A stretch of 64,000 bases of DNA from Bdellovibrio sp. (GCA_014378765.1 JACMNA010000028.1:6565-70564), one strand, 5' to 3'. Shown: positions 1 through 9,742, numbered from the stretch's first letter. Notes: generated from the letters alone by a model not told the origin. Translations and numbers: made by a program.

Positions 1-106
1 CCCCACTTTGTACTAGCCGTCATTTCGCTGTCATTTTTAGGCCGCGTGGCACCCCGCTTGCTTTTACACAGGGCATGAAACAGCAGCAATCAAGAGGGAG
101 AAGCAA

Positions 107-412
107 ATGAGTCAGCAAACAGATAAGCAAAATTTAGGTATGCAATCACCAAAAACAAATACACCGCAATCGACTATTAACTCGTCGCAAGCAATGGATT
201 ACGGAACCATGAATGCCAAAGATGCGAAAGAGTCTGGATACACCGATGAAAGCGGCAAAGCCGTAGACATGGCTAAGCCCGATGTAAAAGGCTCACCAAC
301 GGGTGCTTACACCGATATTGGCGCCGGTCGATCAGGAGTCGTGACGGCCGAAGGTGGAAAAAATAAAACGAGCGAAGACGCGCCATCACCACGCGGCGAA
401 CAAGCCCCGTAA
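107..412 (+). CDS. hypothetical hydrophilic low-complexity protein (101 aa)
   Basis: ORF preceded by GAGGGAG about 6 nt upstream. Product is rich in S/T/G/K/D/Q with no hydrophobic core. No family recognised. Confidence 0.5.
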   Translation: MSQQTDKQNLGMQSPKTNTPQSTINSSQAMDYGTMNAKDAKESGYTDESGKAVDMAKPDVKGSPTGAYTDIGAGRSGVVTAEGGKNKTSEDAPSPRGEQAP

Positions 413-420
413 GGAGCCAT

Positions 421-573
421 ATGAATAAAAATTTAAATATAAGCGACGATAAAAAATCTGAAGATCAACCGGAAAAAAAGCGTGACGATGAAGTCACCCC
501 GGCCGATCCCCAGCTAAGGAAGCAACCCGAGGTTCGTGAGCCACCCGAGAAGGTCGTCCCCATCAAAGGTTGA
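421..573 (+). CDS. small hydrophilic K/E/D/P-rich protein (50 aa, below ORF-track cutoff)
   Basis: ATG at 421 preceded by AAGGAG at 411-416. Starts 9 nt after the stop of the previous ORF and is followed by a strong terminator at 589-621. Translation MNKNLNISDDKKSEDQPEKKRDDEVTPADPQLRKQPEVREPPEKVVPIKG. Confidence 0.45.
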   Translation: MNKNLNISDDKKSEDQPEKKRDDEVTPADPQLRKQPEVREPPEKVVPIKG

Positions 574-588
574 GTAGAATGTTTGGAT

Positions 589-621
589 GCGCGAAGACTA
601 AAAACCTTCGCGCATTTTTTT
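589..621 (+). terminator. rho-independent terminator
   Basis: GCGCGAAG (589-596) pairs with CTTCGCGC (606-613), followed by ATTTTTTT. Confidence 0.7.
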
Positions 622-669
622 GGTACAGGGCTAGTTGAACCTCATAAAATAATTTGTTTAAATTAAACA

Positions 670-1242
670 ATGCTTAATGTATCGAATCGAAAATTAATAG
701 TAAATATAGAAGACCTTTCCAAGTGTCTTTTAACCAAAGAAGATGATAGCAAAGTTTCAGTTCGGTCGTTATGGCAAAGGCAGACGGCGATACTAATATT
801 CTTACGCCACTATGCCTGCGAAGCTTGTCGCTTACACGCGTTTGAAGTCTGGGAAAAAAAAGAAGCTTATCAAAAAAATGGCGCGCGCATTCATTTTATC
901 GGAAATGGAGAATCTAACTACATCAAAGGTTTCAAAGAAAAATTAGGAATCCAAGACGCCTCTTTTTTTACGGACCCCAAATTAGATTCATTCAAGGCGG
1001 CGGGTTTCAAACGCGGGTTTTGGATTTCGCCTGGAAAAATGCATTCACGCGCCGAATTCTTAATGCTCGCCCTGAAACATAAAGACCAGCTGCACGCGGC
1101 CGGTTCCGGAAATATATGGCAACTGGGCGGCGTCTTAGTTATTAATCCGCAAGGTCAACCCATTTACCAATTTACCAGCCAAGCGATGGGAGACTTTCAG
1201 CCTGCGAATGATATTGATGCGATTGCAAATCCACAGAGTTAA
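670..1242 (+). CDS. peroxiredoxin-like (AhpC/TSA-type thioredoxin-fold) protein
   Basis: Thioredoxin-fold-like layout with CEAC (CxxC) in ILIFLRHYACEACRLH. Resembles the AhpC-TSA_2 / peroxiredoxin-like family. Confidence 0.6.
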   Translation: MLNVSNRKLIVNIEDLSKCLLTKEDDSKVSVRSLWQRQTAILIFLRHYACEACRLHAFEVWEKKEAYQKNGARIHFIGNGESNYIKGFKEKLGIQDASFFTDPKLDSFKAAGFKRGFWISPGKMHSRAEFLMLALKHKDQLHAAGSGNIWQLGGVLVINPQGQPIYQFTSQAMGDFQPANDIDAIANPQS

Positions 1243-2161
1243 AACTGAACGCGGAAATAGATCAGCGCACGCTGAGCGCTTGGCTTAACAAAAGCATAGT
1301 TAGGCGCCCTTAGTGTGGTCGTGTCGGCGGTAACGCTTATTCCGGATTTATATTTTTCGCCGGCGTAGCCCAATCCAAAAGTAAAGTTAGAGCTTAAGGT
1401 TCCATAGCTTGAATTAGTTTTTTCTTGCTGCTGATCTTCGTAGGCATAAATGCCGTATGTACCCAAAACATCTAATAGTGCTCCGATAGTGCTCCGACAA
1501 AAAATTTGCTTTGGCTAATAAAGTAGTGGCCGTAGCCGAAACCACCGTTGATCGAGGTCACTTCTATTTTTCTTAAATTTTCAACCTCGCGATTGATATT
1601 CGCATTTTCTTGTTGCAGTAAAGAGGTTGAGGTTTCCATTGAATGATGACGAACGCCGCCAATCACATAAAATTTTCCGGCTGATTTTCTAATTTCATTA
1701 GATTGGTCAAGTAGACCGCCCACCGAAAAATCTGTATCCGAAAGTGCCCAGCGGCCCATTAGCCCATAATGTTTAAATTTCAAATCCGGAAAAGTCTGAA
1801 GCGCCACCGTATTACCAGTATAAAATCCTTGATAGGTTTGGTAAAAGCTATCAAGCCCCCACTTGCGCGTATGATATCCCAATTGCAAATCATAAAAAGT
1901 GGTGGTGCCTTTGCGTGGATCCAAACTGTCATTCGAACCACGAAATGAATAGCCAATACCAAAGCCGAACGCATTAATTCCTAAACGACTTACGCCGGCC
2001 ATATTAGGTTCAAAGTTAAGGGCCGGGCGGCTTTGCCCAATATCGCTAACTGAAAAATCAAAGTTTTCTTGGCCCAGGCCAATTATCGGCGAGACGGGCT
2101 CGGCGAACGCGGCAAAAGTACTGAACAACACTGTTAACAACCCAAATTTTATTTTCATCAT
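1239..2161 (-). pseudogene. outer-membrane beta-barrel protein gene disrupted by an 11-bp tandem duplication (frameshift)
   Basis: ORFs 1472-2161 and 1239-1466 are two halves of one gene. ATAGTGCTCCG occurs twice in tandem (1475-1485 and 1486-1496). Deleting one copy fuses ...FFVGAL to LDVLGTYGIYAYEDQQ..., giving a 303-aa protein with a signal peptide and the OMP-type C-terminus YFRVQF. Confidence 0.7.
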
Positions 2162-2163
2162 AA

Positions 2164-2547
2164 TTAAAACATCGTATTTGAATGAGCCAAATTAAGCGGT
2201 ACGCGCTGAAGAACATCCCAATGCTCAAGAATTTTCCCGTTATCATCTAGCCTAAAAATATCAATGCCGGCCCAGTTATCATTTTCGGGCCACTCTTGTA
2301 AACAATGAACAACCACGAAATTTTCATCGGCAATAAGGCGCTTAAAGTGCACGCGTTTGCCAGGATATTCTTTTGCCATCTGATTAAAATAGCGAATAAA
2401 AGCGTCTTTACCAGTGGCCACGGCCGGATTATGCTGAATGTAGGTGTCGCCGACGTAACGGTCTACGGCCTCGGCCGGCCGGCCGTCATTAAACATTAAT
2501 TGATAAAATTCGGTCACTAACTTTTTATTTCGTTCTAGGTTCGACAT
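2164..2547 (-). CDS. NTF2-fold / SnoaL-like family protein
   Basis: 127 aa. Pattern [15 protein letters not shown]...YIQHNP...ILEHWDVLQ is typical of SnoaL-like NTF2 proteins. Confidence 0.7.
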   Translation of the reverse strand: MSNLERNKKLVTEFYQLMFNDGRPAEAVDRYVGDTYIQHNPAVATGKDAFIRYFNQMAKEYPGKRVHFKRLIADENFVVVHCLQEWPENDNWAGIDIFRLDDNGKILEHWDVLQRVPLNLAHSNTMF

Positions 2548-2623
2548 AAGTTATTTTTAAATAGCAAACCAATGACAGCAACTTATTTTTGAGATTTAAT
2601 TTAAATAGAGATAAGGAACTATA

Positions 2624-3574
2624 TTGGACAACACGCATCATCACAACCACTCTCAAGATCACGGTCATTCGCACGGTCACCATCACCAGGTGCCGGCTAA
2701 TTTCAATAAAGCCTTTGCCATTGGTATTACGCTTAATTTAATTTTTGTGATTATCGAGGGTAGTTTCGGATTTTTTTCGAACTCGCTCGCGTTATTGGCC
2801 GATGCGGGTCATAATTTAAGTGATGTTTTGGGTCTGGTCATCGCGTGGATTGCCAGCGTGTTGGTACGAAAAAAGCCGACCGATACATTTACCTTTGGCT
2901 TACGAAGTTCGTCGATATTTGCGGCGTTAGGCAATGCAGTTTTTTTAATGGCCGCCGTGGGGGCCGTCTTATGGGAAGCTCTGCATCGCTTTCAAAATCC
3001 ACCCGCCGTTTCAACAAACATTATGATTACGGTTGCCGCCATCGGTATCTTGATAAACGGAATCACCGCCTATCTTTTTTCGGCCGGACATAAAAATGAT
3101 TTAAATATTAAGAGCGCATACCTGCACATGATGGCCGATGCCTTGGTCTCACTTGGCGTAGTGGCGGCCGGATTTTTAATGATGTGGACGGGTTATAACT
3201 GGATTGATCCTTTAGTCAGCGTAGTGGTTAGTTTAGTTATCTTGCGCGGTACCTGGAGCTTGCTGCGCGAATCGATGCGCTTAGCAATGCAGGCCGTGCC
3301 CGAAGGAATCAAACGCAGCGAAGTTTTAAATTTTTTGAAAAATAAAAAGGGCGTTGCCAAAGTTCACGATCTTCATATTTGGGGCGTTAGCACCACCGAA
3401 AATGCTTTAACCGCGCACCTAGTAATGCCTTTAGGGCATCCCGGTGACTCATTCTTGCACCACGTCTCAGTAGAATTAACCCAGAAATTTGAAATTCATC
3501 ATGCCACTTTACAAATTGAAATAGGTGATGATCCGAAACATCCGTGCGCGCTTGAATCGGATGAGGTTCTATAA
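2624..3574 (+). CDS. czcD: cation diffusion facilitator family metal efflux transporter (CzcD/ZitB-like)
   Basis: TTG start. His-rich N-terminus (HHHNHSQDHGHSHGHHH), six TM segments, motifs ADAGHNLSD and HMMADALVS, C-terminal cytoplasmic domain VHDLHIW. Confidence 0.85.
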   Translation: MDNTHHHNHSQDHGHSHGHHHQVPANFNKAFAIGITLNLIFVIIEGSFGFFSNSLALLADAGHNLSDVLGLVIAWIASVLVRKKPTDTFTFGLRSSSIFAALGNAVFLMAAVGAVLWEALHRFQNPPAVSTNIMITVAAIGILINGITAYLFSAGHKNDLNIKSAYLHMMADALVSLGVVAAGFLMMWTGYNWIDPLVSVVVSLVILRGTWSLLRESMRLAMQAVPEGIKRSEVLNFLKNKKGVAKVHDLHIWGVSTTENALTAHLVMPLGHPGDSFLHHVSVELTQKFEIHHATLQIEIGDDPKHPCALESDEVL

Positions 3575-3576
3575 GT

Positions 3577-4104
3577 ATGAATCAAGTTGATCGAAATATT
3601 GCAATCATTCACCGCATGCGCAAAGAGTCTGACGAGCGTCGAACCTGGCAGCAAAAACTTGTAGATGATGTGGCCGGACGTTTAGGTATGACGGAAACTT
3701 TAATCGGGCACCTTATTTTCTACGGCCTGTTTATTGTTGCCGGCATTTTTTGTATAATTAATAAATTTATGTCGTGGGAACAAGTCATTGGTTTATTTGG
3801 TACAGTCGCCACCGTTGAAACCTTATTTTTAACAATCTTCGTCTTGATTAACCAACGCCGAACGAAGTCGCTTGAACGTCGTAACTCTGATCTGCATTTA
3901 CAAATGAGTCTTTTATCCGAACATGAAATTACGCGGCTTATTCGCATGACCGATTCGATCGTTAAACACCTTAATATCCAACTTGAATTAGACCCCAAAG
4001 ATGTCAATGAACTCAAAAAAGATGTAGACCCCGATCTAATCATCGAAAAAATTTTCGAGCACGAAGCGCTTATTCCAACTGATTCGACCAGCGACGATAT
4101 TTGA
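3577..4104 (+). CDS. DUF1003-like membrane protein
   Basis: Starts 2 nt after the czcD stop. Two TM helices followed by NQRRTKSLERRNSDLHLQMSLLSEHEITRLI, as in DUF1003. Confidence 0.55.
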   Translation: MNQVDRNIAIIHRMRKESDERRTWQQKLVDDVAGRLGMTETLIGHLIFYGLFIVAGIFCIINKFMSWEQVIGLFGTVATVETLFLTIFVLINQRRTKSLERRNSDLHLQMSLLSEHEITRLIRMTDSIVKHLNIQLELDPKDVNELKKDVDPDLIIEKIFEHEALIPTDSTSDDI

Positions 4105-4189
4105 TTCACGGGCCCGGCCGAATTGTAAGGCTTACCTGTCAAAAGTATGTATAGGCGTGGTTTTTAAATCACAGGTTATACTTCGCCTC

Positions 4190-4633
4190 ATGAAGCGTTT
4201 AAACAGCATTTCAATTTTGTTTTTTACCTTATTAGCCGCATCAACTACGTTAGCGCGCACGCATAAATTAGAGTGTAAAAGTGAAGGGCCATCAGCACTT
4301 ACTTTTACGGCGCTGATTGGCTCTAACCAAGAAGTGCGCATGAATTTTGGCGCAAAGGGTAACGGTTTAACTGAACAGCAATTAATAAATACTAAAACCA
4401 CCTTAAAGCCATGGGATGGTTTCAGCGGCGGTGCTAAATACACGGGTCGCGCGGTGGTTGAATTTTCATATGTCCGCGATCTTGAGCTTGTCATTCCACG
4501 GCACGCACTTACAGATAAGTCGCCGCGCGTGCGGGTCATGCTGTCGGTTAGCAATGAACATGCTAAATACGGTGAGCTTAGCTATTTTGTAGAATACGGA
4601 ATGACTTGCATTAAAAAAACCTCAATATTTTAA
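4190..4633 (+). CDS. exported hypothetical protein
   Basis: Signal peptide MKRLNSISILFFTLLAASTTLA. The ORF track starts at GTG 4157; ATG 4190 gives the canonical signal peptide. Confidence 0.5.
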   Translation: MKRLNSISILFFTLLAASTTLARTHKLECKSEGPSALTFTALIGSNQEVRMNFGAKGNGLTEQQLINTKTTLKPWDGFSGGAKYTGRAVVEFSYVRDLELVIPRHALTDKSPRVRVMLSVSNEHAKYGELSYFVEYGMTCIKKTSIF

Positions 4634-4688
4634 CTGCTCAGCTTGGCTTTTGCCTTGCCAGCGCATTTATATTTCGGTGTGATAGGGC

Positions 4689-5780
4689 ATGATCAATAAT
4701 AAAAAAACCGAAATATCACTCCAACATTATGCCCTTCATTTACCGATGAAGACCATATTTCGAATTTTAGCGGTGATCTTAATCGTAAGCTGTTTAAAAA
4801 CCGTAGGTACACTGCTCATGATTTTATTTTTGGCGACGCTGTTAGCGGTTTCATTGGCACCCGTCGCAAGATGGATGCAAAGTAAAGGTCTTAGTAAAAA
4901 TTGGTCTATCGTGTTGATCGCATTTGTACTTGGCGCCTCGGTCTTATCGATTATTGCTTTTATAATTCCACAGCTTTTTACCGAGCTCACAAATTTTTTA
5001 GGCAAGTGGCCTGAATATCGCGATCAATTACTAAGTCACATGCATTCTACAAATCCACTTAAACCTATGGTTGAGCAAAGCCTTGATAAAAAAATGATGA
5101 TTCCTAAGCCGTCCGACATGATGCCGATATTTAATGCCGGCAGTTCAGTCTTAGAAGCATTCACCCAATTATTTCTAGTTTTAGTTTTTGCCGTTTACCT
5201 GATTGCGTATGGTGAAGGCGTAATCAATTGGATCAGCGCTTTTTTTTCAACCGACACACAAAAAAAATTGAACCAAACGTTTACTGAAATATACGACATT
5301 ATTTTTGCATACGTCGCCGGGCAGTTCATTACTTCGTTATTATCTTTTGCTTACGTTTTCGCGGTCTTAAGTTTTTTACAAGTTCCGAGTGCCTTATTAC
5401 TGGCAACATTATCAGGAATTTTCGATGTGTTACCGGTGCTTGGTTTTTTCTTAGCCGTGATTCCGGCCATGCTTTTTGCATTCTCGGTATCAGGCACCAC
5501 CGCCGCTTTAGTATTTGTACTTTATCTCGTGTATCACGCCATCGAAAGTTATTATATCGTACCGTTGGTGTACGGGCACCGCCTACGGGTATCTAGTTTT
5601 GTAGTCTTGGTTTCACTAATTGCGGCGGGCTTATTAGCCGGAATAGCTGGCGCGATTGCGGTATTACCCGTAATCGCTTCATACCCAATTATCGAACGTA
5701 TTTGGCTTAAAAAAATTGTTGGTTCGGCTACAATTGCTGATCACGAAAGTGCCCAAGAAGGCGAAACCTTAAAAAGCTAG
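4689..5780 (+). CDS. AI-2E family transporter (PerM/UPF0118)
   Basis: 363 aa polytopic membrane protein with the typical AI-2E layout, including GQFITSLLSF and FDVLPVLGFFLAVIPA. Confidence 0.8.
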   Translation: MINNKKTEISLQHYALHLPMKTIFRILAVILIVSCLKTVGTLLMILFLATLLAVSLAPVARWMQSKGLSKNWSIVLIAFVLGASVLSIIAFIIPQLFTELTNFLGKWPEYRDQLLSHMHSTNPLKPMVEQSLDKKMMIPKPSDMMPIFNAGSSVLEAFTQLFLVLVFAVYLIAYGEGVINWISAFFSTDTQKKLNQTFTEIYDIIFAYVAGQFITSLLSFAYVFAVLSFLQVPSALLLATLSGIFDVLPVLGFFLAVIPAMLFAFSVSGTTAALVFVLYLVYHAIESYYIVPLVYGHRLRVSSFVVLVSLIAAGLLAGIAGAIAVLPVIASYPIIERIWLKKIVGSATIADHESAQEGETLKS

Positions 5781-5818
5781 TAAAACTCTTAAGCAACAGT
5801 TGAAATTTCAGGGCTAGG

Positions 5819-6229
5819 TCATTTGTTTTTTAAAACCGTCTCAAGCTTTGTTAATGCTTTACGAACTTCACCTAGGCTTAACATTAATGTGGTATCGGCT
5901 TTTATGGCGCGGTTATAGTCGGGTGAGCTTTGGCCGGTGATTAAGTTTTTAATTTCGGTCACAATCGCTTGCGCATCGTAAGGCTTATTTTCTTTATCAT
6001 CGGTAATAATATCAATTTTTAAAATTAAATCCGAAAAATTTTTCAACCACACAAAACGCTCGTCATTCAAAGATAAATTAAGCAGTTCATAAGGCTGATA
6101 CTGACGACCTTCACTTTTTTCAACAAGGGCCGCCTGCGAGAATAAAAGCTCACGATGGAAATTTAAGAAAGCCGAACTAAGTTCAGCCAAAAGAGGCTTA
6201 ATAAAATCTAAAGTAACGGCATTATCCAT
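5819..6229 (-). CDS. hypothetical cytoplasmic protein
   Basis: 136-aa ORF in a clean intergenic context. No family recognised. Confidence 0.45.
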   Translation of the reverse strand: MDNAVTLDFIKPLLAELSSAFLNFHRELLFSQAALVEKSEGRQYQPYELLNLSLNDERFVWLKNFSDLILKIDIITDDKENKPYDAQAIVTEIKNLITGQSSPDYNRAIKADTTLMLSLGEVRKALTKLETVLKNK

Positions 6230-6359
6230 CAGCGTATTTTTATCTTTTTACAAAATAAGTCCAGTTTATTCTGCGTGAGACGGGGTTTTTGACTCAATTT
6301 TTAGCTAAACTACTTTATAAGCGAGGCCCCAATTCTGGGCCACGCCCGAAGAATTTCAA

Positions 6360-6914
6360 TTAACGTGTCATTACGTATTGATGCCAAGTTTTTGTAATTA
6401 TACCCGGAACTTCCAGCGTGTAACTTACTGAATATTTCAATCCTTCTTGCACAACCGTAAGATCTAAATTCAAAGTCACATTGCGACCACTGGCACGAAT
6501 GGGGCCGTGATATGAGTAAGCATAGGTCTTAACTCCATTCAGTGTCGTAATTTTACTTGTGCCCAAGTGTTCCATGGGGCCAAAAGTATAGGCTGAATCC
6601 GTACCTACGTACACGGCACTGTAAAGTGGAAAAACTAACGTATTTACGTATTGGCTGGTTAAAGCGTTATAGAAACTATAGTCGTGATCGCGTTCAACGG
6701 TCGCCGTGCGATGTTCAACAGCCGTGCCATCAAAATGGGTGAGGGTATACCAATTTTTTAATTCATCCCATTCGGTTAGCGTTTTCATTTCATTTTCGCT
6801 CGTCGACTTGGGGGCTTCGGGAATGATGTCAAGAGCCGAGGTTCCATCAACTTGCACCGACGGTTTGCAAGCGAAAAAAAATAGTAGACTGGTAAAAATC
6901 AAAATGACTTTCAT
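6360..6914 (-). CDS. exported protein, possible lipoprotein
   Basis: N-terminus MKVILIFTSLLFFFAC; the rest is beta-rich. Confidence 0.5.
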   Translation of the reverse strand: MKVILIFTSLLFFFACKPSVQVDGTSALDIIPEAPKSTSENEMKTLTEWDELKNWYTLTHFDGTAVEHRTATVERDHDYSFYNALTSQYVNTLVFPLYSAVYVGTDSAYTFGPMEHLGTSKITTLNGVKTYAYSYHGPIRASGRNVTLNLDLTVVQEGLKYSVSYTLEVPGIITKTWHQYVMTR

Positions 6915-6994
6915 AAATTCTCCTTAAGTAAAATTGTTGTAACTAATAAGTATAAATATTTTTTAAATAAATCCAGTAGAATGCAATTTACAAA

Positions 6995-7020
6995 CGTACA
7001 AATTGTACGGCGTTGTACGG
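6995..7020. promoter_or_regulatory. candidate operator: palindrome CGTACAA-A-TTGTACG plus an extra TTGTACGG half-site
   Basis: Perfect 7-bp arms at 6995-7009 and a direct repeat of TTGTACGG at 7013-7020, about 80-110 bp upstream of the start of the 6360-6914 gene. Confidence 0.35.
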
Positions 7021-7040
7021 TTGTGCTAAATTTGCTTAAA

Positions 7041-8918
7041 TTAATGTGCAAAAAGCTGATGGCAACTTTTCATTAGACCTGGATTTGGCTTTTTTAAAGT
7101 GAAAATAGATTTCCAACCGGAGTTTGTCATGCGCCCTGGTATATTCATGGCTTCCATATTTGCATCGACCAGCTGAATTCTTAAAATCGAATGATGCCCA
7201 CCATCTTCCGTGGTAAAACCATTAAATCCATTTTCAGGCGGCAGGTATTGATTCATTTTTTGACTTGATATTTCTACAACCAGTAAACCCTCTTTGAGGG
7301 TTTGCTTCATTTTTTCTGTTGAAAACACTTCAGGAATGATCAAGGAACGGTAGCCATAAGTTGTGCCATTAAATTGAATTCCTTCTTGAACCATCCAAGA
7401 AATTTCAATGTGATTCAATAAACCGGTTGCACCACTCATTTCAAAGCGCAGTTTAACGTCATCGGTAACCACGTTCGGGTTCGTTATTTGCCGAACGCTT
7501 TGCCATTGAAGGCCATCCCAAACGCGAATGTTATTTAACTTTGGAGATATGATGTTATTCGCTTTAGGTTTAATTATTATTTTTTCTGGTAACGGAAACT
7601 CAGTTGTATTATCAAGCGCGATCCCAGAGATAATAAAATCTTTGTCGGTCATCATCACTTCGGCCACGGAGCCTTGAACTTTGTGATAACCTTGAGTTAA
7701 AGTTTCTATTGTACCAGGAATCTGCAAATAATCTAAATGGTGCTGCGCCTTAAAGACTGCTTCTTTGGGTACTGTAGGCGATTTGATTACACCTTCAAAA
7801 TAGGTGCGACCATTTTTCGTTTCGGTCACTTTTAGCTTTTCGACCCAGATGTCGGCAAATGAAGATTTATAGTTTTGATAATTATCTAGATAGTCCTTTA
7901 GATCTAAACTTATTAAGGGCTGGCCGGCTAAAGGAAGACTTTCGTTTAAAGTTTCAACCTTTAATCTTTGTATAATTGATTTATTTACAACCAAAGGCTC
8001 CATTGCCATAAGGGGTTTGGCCTGATCAACCCGCGTATAGAGGTCGATATAATTAAAGCGCGTCGCTTTTATTAGGAAGTGCTTTATTTCGGTAAACCAC
8101 TCGATCACAATGAATCCATCGTTTTGCTTAAACTGCGGAGTCAGATCCATGCGGGCGTAGGCCTGGGTTAATTGATTGGCTTCGCTGTACTGACCACTCA
8201 ACACCGCCATGCGCGGCGTATTCAGCCGGGCATTAAGGGCTTTACCATTTACATCAAATATTACGATGGGTTCCATTTGGTAATCAATGGGTTGTCCATA
8301 AATCATTAAGTAGGGAAGCACTAGCGTTTTAGCGGTTAAGCCAGGGGCGATCAAACTTTCTTTGTAGTAGCCAGCTAAGTAAGTTCGCATCTTTGCGCCA
8401 ATAGAATCTACGACTACGGTTGGTACTTGGCCGCCCAGTTTGTGTCCAAATTCATGATACATAATTTGAAAAGCTTCCAACAAACTAAATGTACTATCCA
8501 ATTCGTTAATAACATTTAAATTAAACCAAATGTCGCCGTCCATTTTTGCGGTTCGAACTTTTTTATCGGGTGGAATAATAAAATCTTCATTCTTGTCGGA
8601 AAAAAAAAGCTTATTAGATAAGTGCAACGAAGTTCTGTTTTCGCCGACCTGGGCTGGTGGTGCTAATCGGATCGTTCTTTTAACTATCGCATCACCTAAG
8701 GTTTGAAAGACTATTTTTTCGTCCGCAGAAAGTTTGGCTAAGAATGGATCGCTTCCGGCTAAGAAATTAAGCGCGCCTAAAAATCCCTCGTAGGCTGCCG
8801 CAACATAAGCGCGGCGGTCCGGCTGGTTCGCAGCCGCAATAGCGTCTACACCTATCAATAAAATTGACAGCAGCAGGCAGCACAATGTTTGTACGGACCT
8901 TAAAATGTTCACTCTCAA
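7041..8918 (-). CDS. exported protein with HExxH zinc-metallopeptidase motif
   Basis: Signal peptide ending DAIAAA. HEFGH sits within FQIMYHEFGHKLGG. No further family assignment. Confidence 0.5.
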   Translation of the reverse strand: MRVNILRSVQTLCCLLLSILLIGVDAIAAANQPDRRAYVAAAYEGFLGALNFLAGSDPFLAKLSADEKIVFQTLGDAIVKRTIRLAPPAQVGENRTSLHLSNKLFFSDKNEDFIIPPDKKVRTAKMDGDIWFNLNVINELDSTFSLLEAFQIMYHEFGHKLGGQVPTVVVDSIGAKMRTYLAGYYKESLIAPGLTAKTLVLPYLMIYGQPIDYQMEPIVIFDVNGKALNARLNTPRMAVLSGQYSEANQLTQAYARMDLTPQFKQNDGFIVIEWFTEIKHFLIKATRFNYIDLYTRVDQAKPLMAMEPLVVNKSIIQRLKVETLNESLPLAGQPLISLDLKDYLDNYQNYKSSFADIWVEKLKVTETKNGRTYFEGVIKSPTVPKEAVFKAQHHLDYLQIPGTIETLTQGYHKVQGSVAEVMMTDKDFIISGIALDNTTEFPLPEKIIIKPKANNIISPKLNNIRVWDGLQWQSVRQITNPNVVTDDVKLRFEMSGATGLLNHIEISWMVQEGIQFNGTTYGYRSLIIPEVFSTEKMKQTLKEGLLVVEISSQKMNQYLPPENGFNGFTTEDGGHHSILRIQLVDANMEAMNIPGRMTNSGWKSIFTLKKPNPGLMKSCHQLFAH

Positions 8919-8938
8919 TTGAAGAGCAAACTATAGAC

Positions 8939-9742
8939 CTACATTAACTCTTTACTAATAATTCGGGCCTTTACGGAGGCTGGCGTTACTTCTTTTGTTT
9001 GTGTCTCAAAATAGAGCTGCAAAATGCCACGCCAAGGTTTCGATTCTTGCGGGCATTGGCCATTAAGGTCCGCACTCACTATGGCCGATTGATCAGACAG
9101 ACTCGTAATATTTTGCAGCTGTATCTCAAAATATTTTAAAGCGCAACCGATGGCTTTTTCGACTAATTGGGTTGCGTCTATCGTTTGCAGCTGGCCTTCA
9201 AGACTCAAATACATTTTTTTTTGTTCAAAAAATTCTACGCTTAAGACGTGAAACAAAAAATTACCATCGGTCAAATTAACACTGAGATTCTGTTCAATTT
9301 GGATAGTATCTTTAAAAGTTTTTTTTGCTAAGCGCATAGCCAAAGACTGCGGATAATTTAAAGTCGCCATCAGTCGAACACTTAACACGGTTTGGGCAAT
9401 TTCACTGTACGTTTTAACAACGGGGTTAACTTGCTGAATATAAAGTTCACACGAAGAAATTTGCGCCGAATATTTTGATAATATTTTAGTTTCAGTCAAT
9501 GTGCAGGTTGGATCAAATTTTAAGTCGAACATTTGCCCACCAATTAGCATCAGGTCTTGAGCTTCTTTCGCTGACATATGGCATAGCGCGGGACTGTTTG
9601 CGCAGGCTCGAGTTAAATTTTCCATATTTAGATTTACAGATAAGGCCTGCATTTCACCGTATCCGCCACCCTTGCCCACTCCACGAATTTCGGCTTGCGC
9701 GCTTAGTCCTAGGCCCAAAGTTAAATAAATAATAAATTTCAT
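8939..9742 (-). CDS. exported hypothetical protein
   Basis: Start chosen at MKFIIYLTLGLGLSAQA (ATG 9742-9740), which forms an ATGA overlap with the stop of the upstream gene. The track start at 9808 would overlap that gene by 70 nt. Confidence 0.55.
   Translation of the reverse strand: MKFIIYLTLGLGLSAQAEIRGVGKGGGYGEMQALSVNLNMENLTRACANSPALCHMSAKEAQDLMLIGGQMFDLKFDPTCTLTETKILSKYSAQISSCELYIQQVNPVVKTYSEIAQTVLSVRLMATLNYPQSLAMRLAKKTFKDTIQIEQNLSVNLTDGNFLFHVLSVEFFEQKKMYLSLEGQLQTIDATQLVEKAIGCALKYFEIQLQNITSLSDQSAIVSADLNGQCPQESKPWRGILQLYFETQTKEVTPASVKARIISKELM

Noticed and set aside
826-840. A GCGAAGCTTGTCGCT stretch inside the peroxiredoxin-like gene that resembles the ACGCGAC..TTGTCGCT motif of the 41-kb spacer.
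   Set aside because: It lies within coding sequence (encoding the CEACRL active-site region) and matches only partially, so it is most likely coincidental.
3720-4554. Two 140-aa minus-strand ORFs (3720-4142 and 4132-4554).
   Set aside because: They lie antisense to the DUF1003 gene and to the exported-protein gene. Their Ser/Arg/Cys-rich composition is typical of antisense frames, and they have no Shine-Dalgarno or family resemblance.
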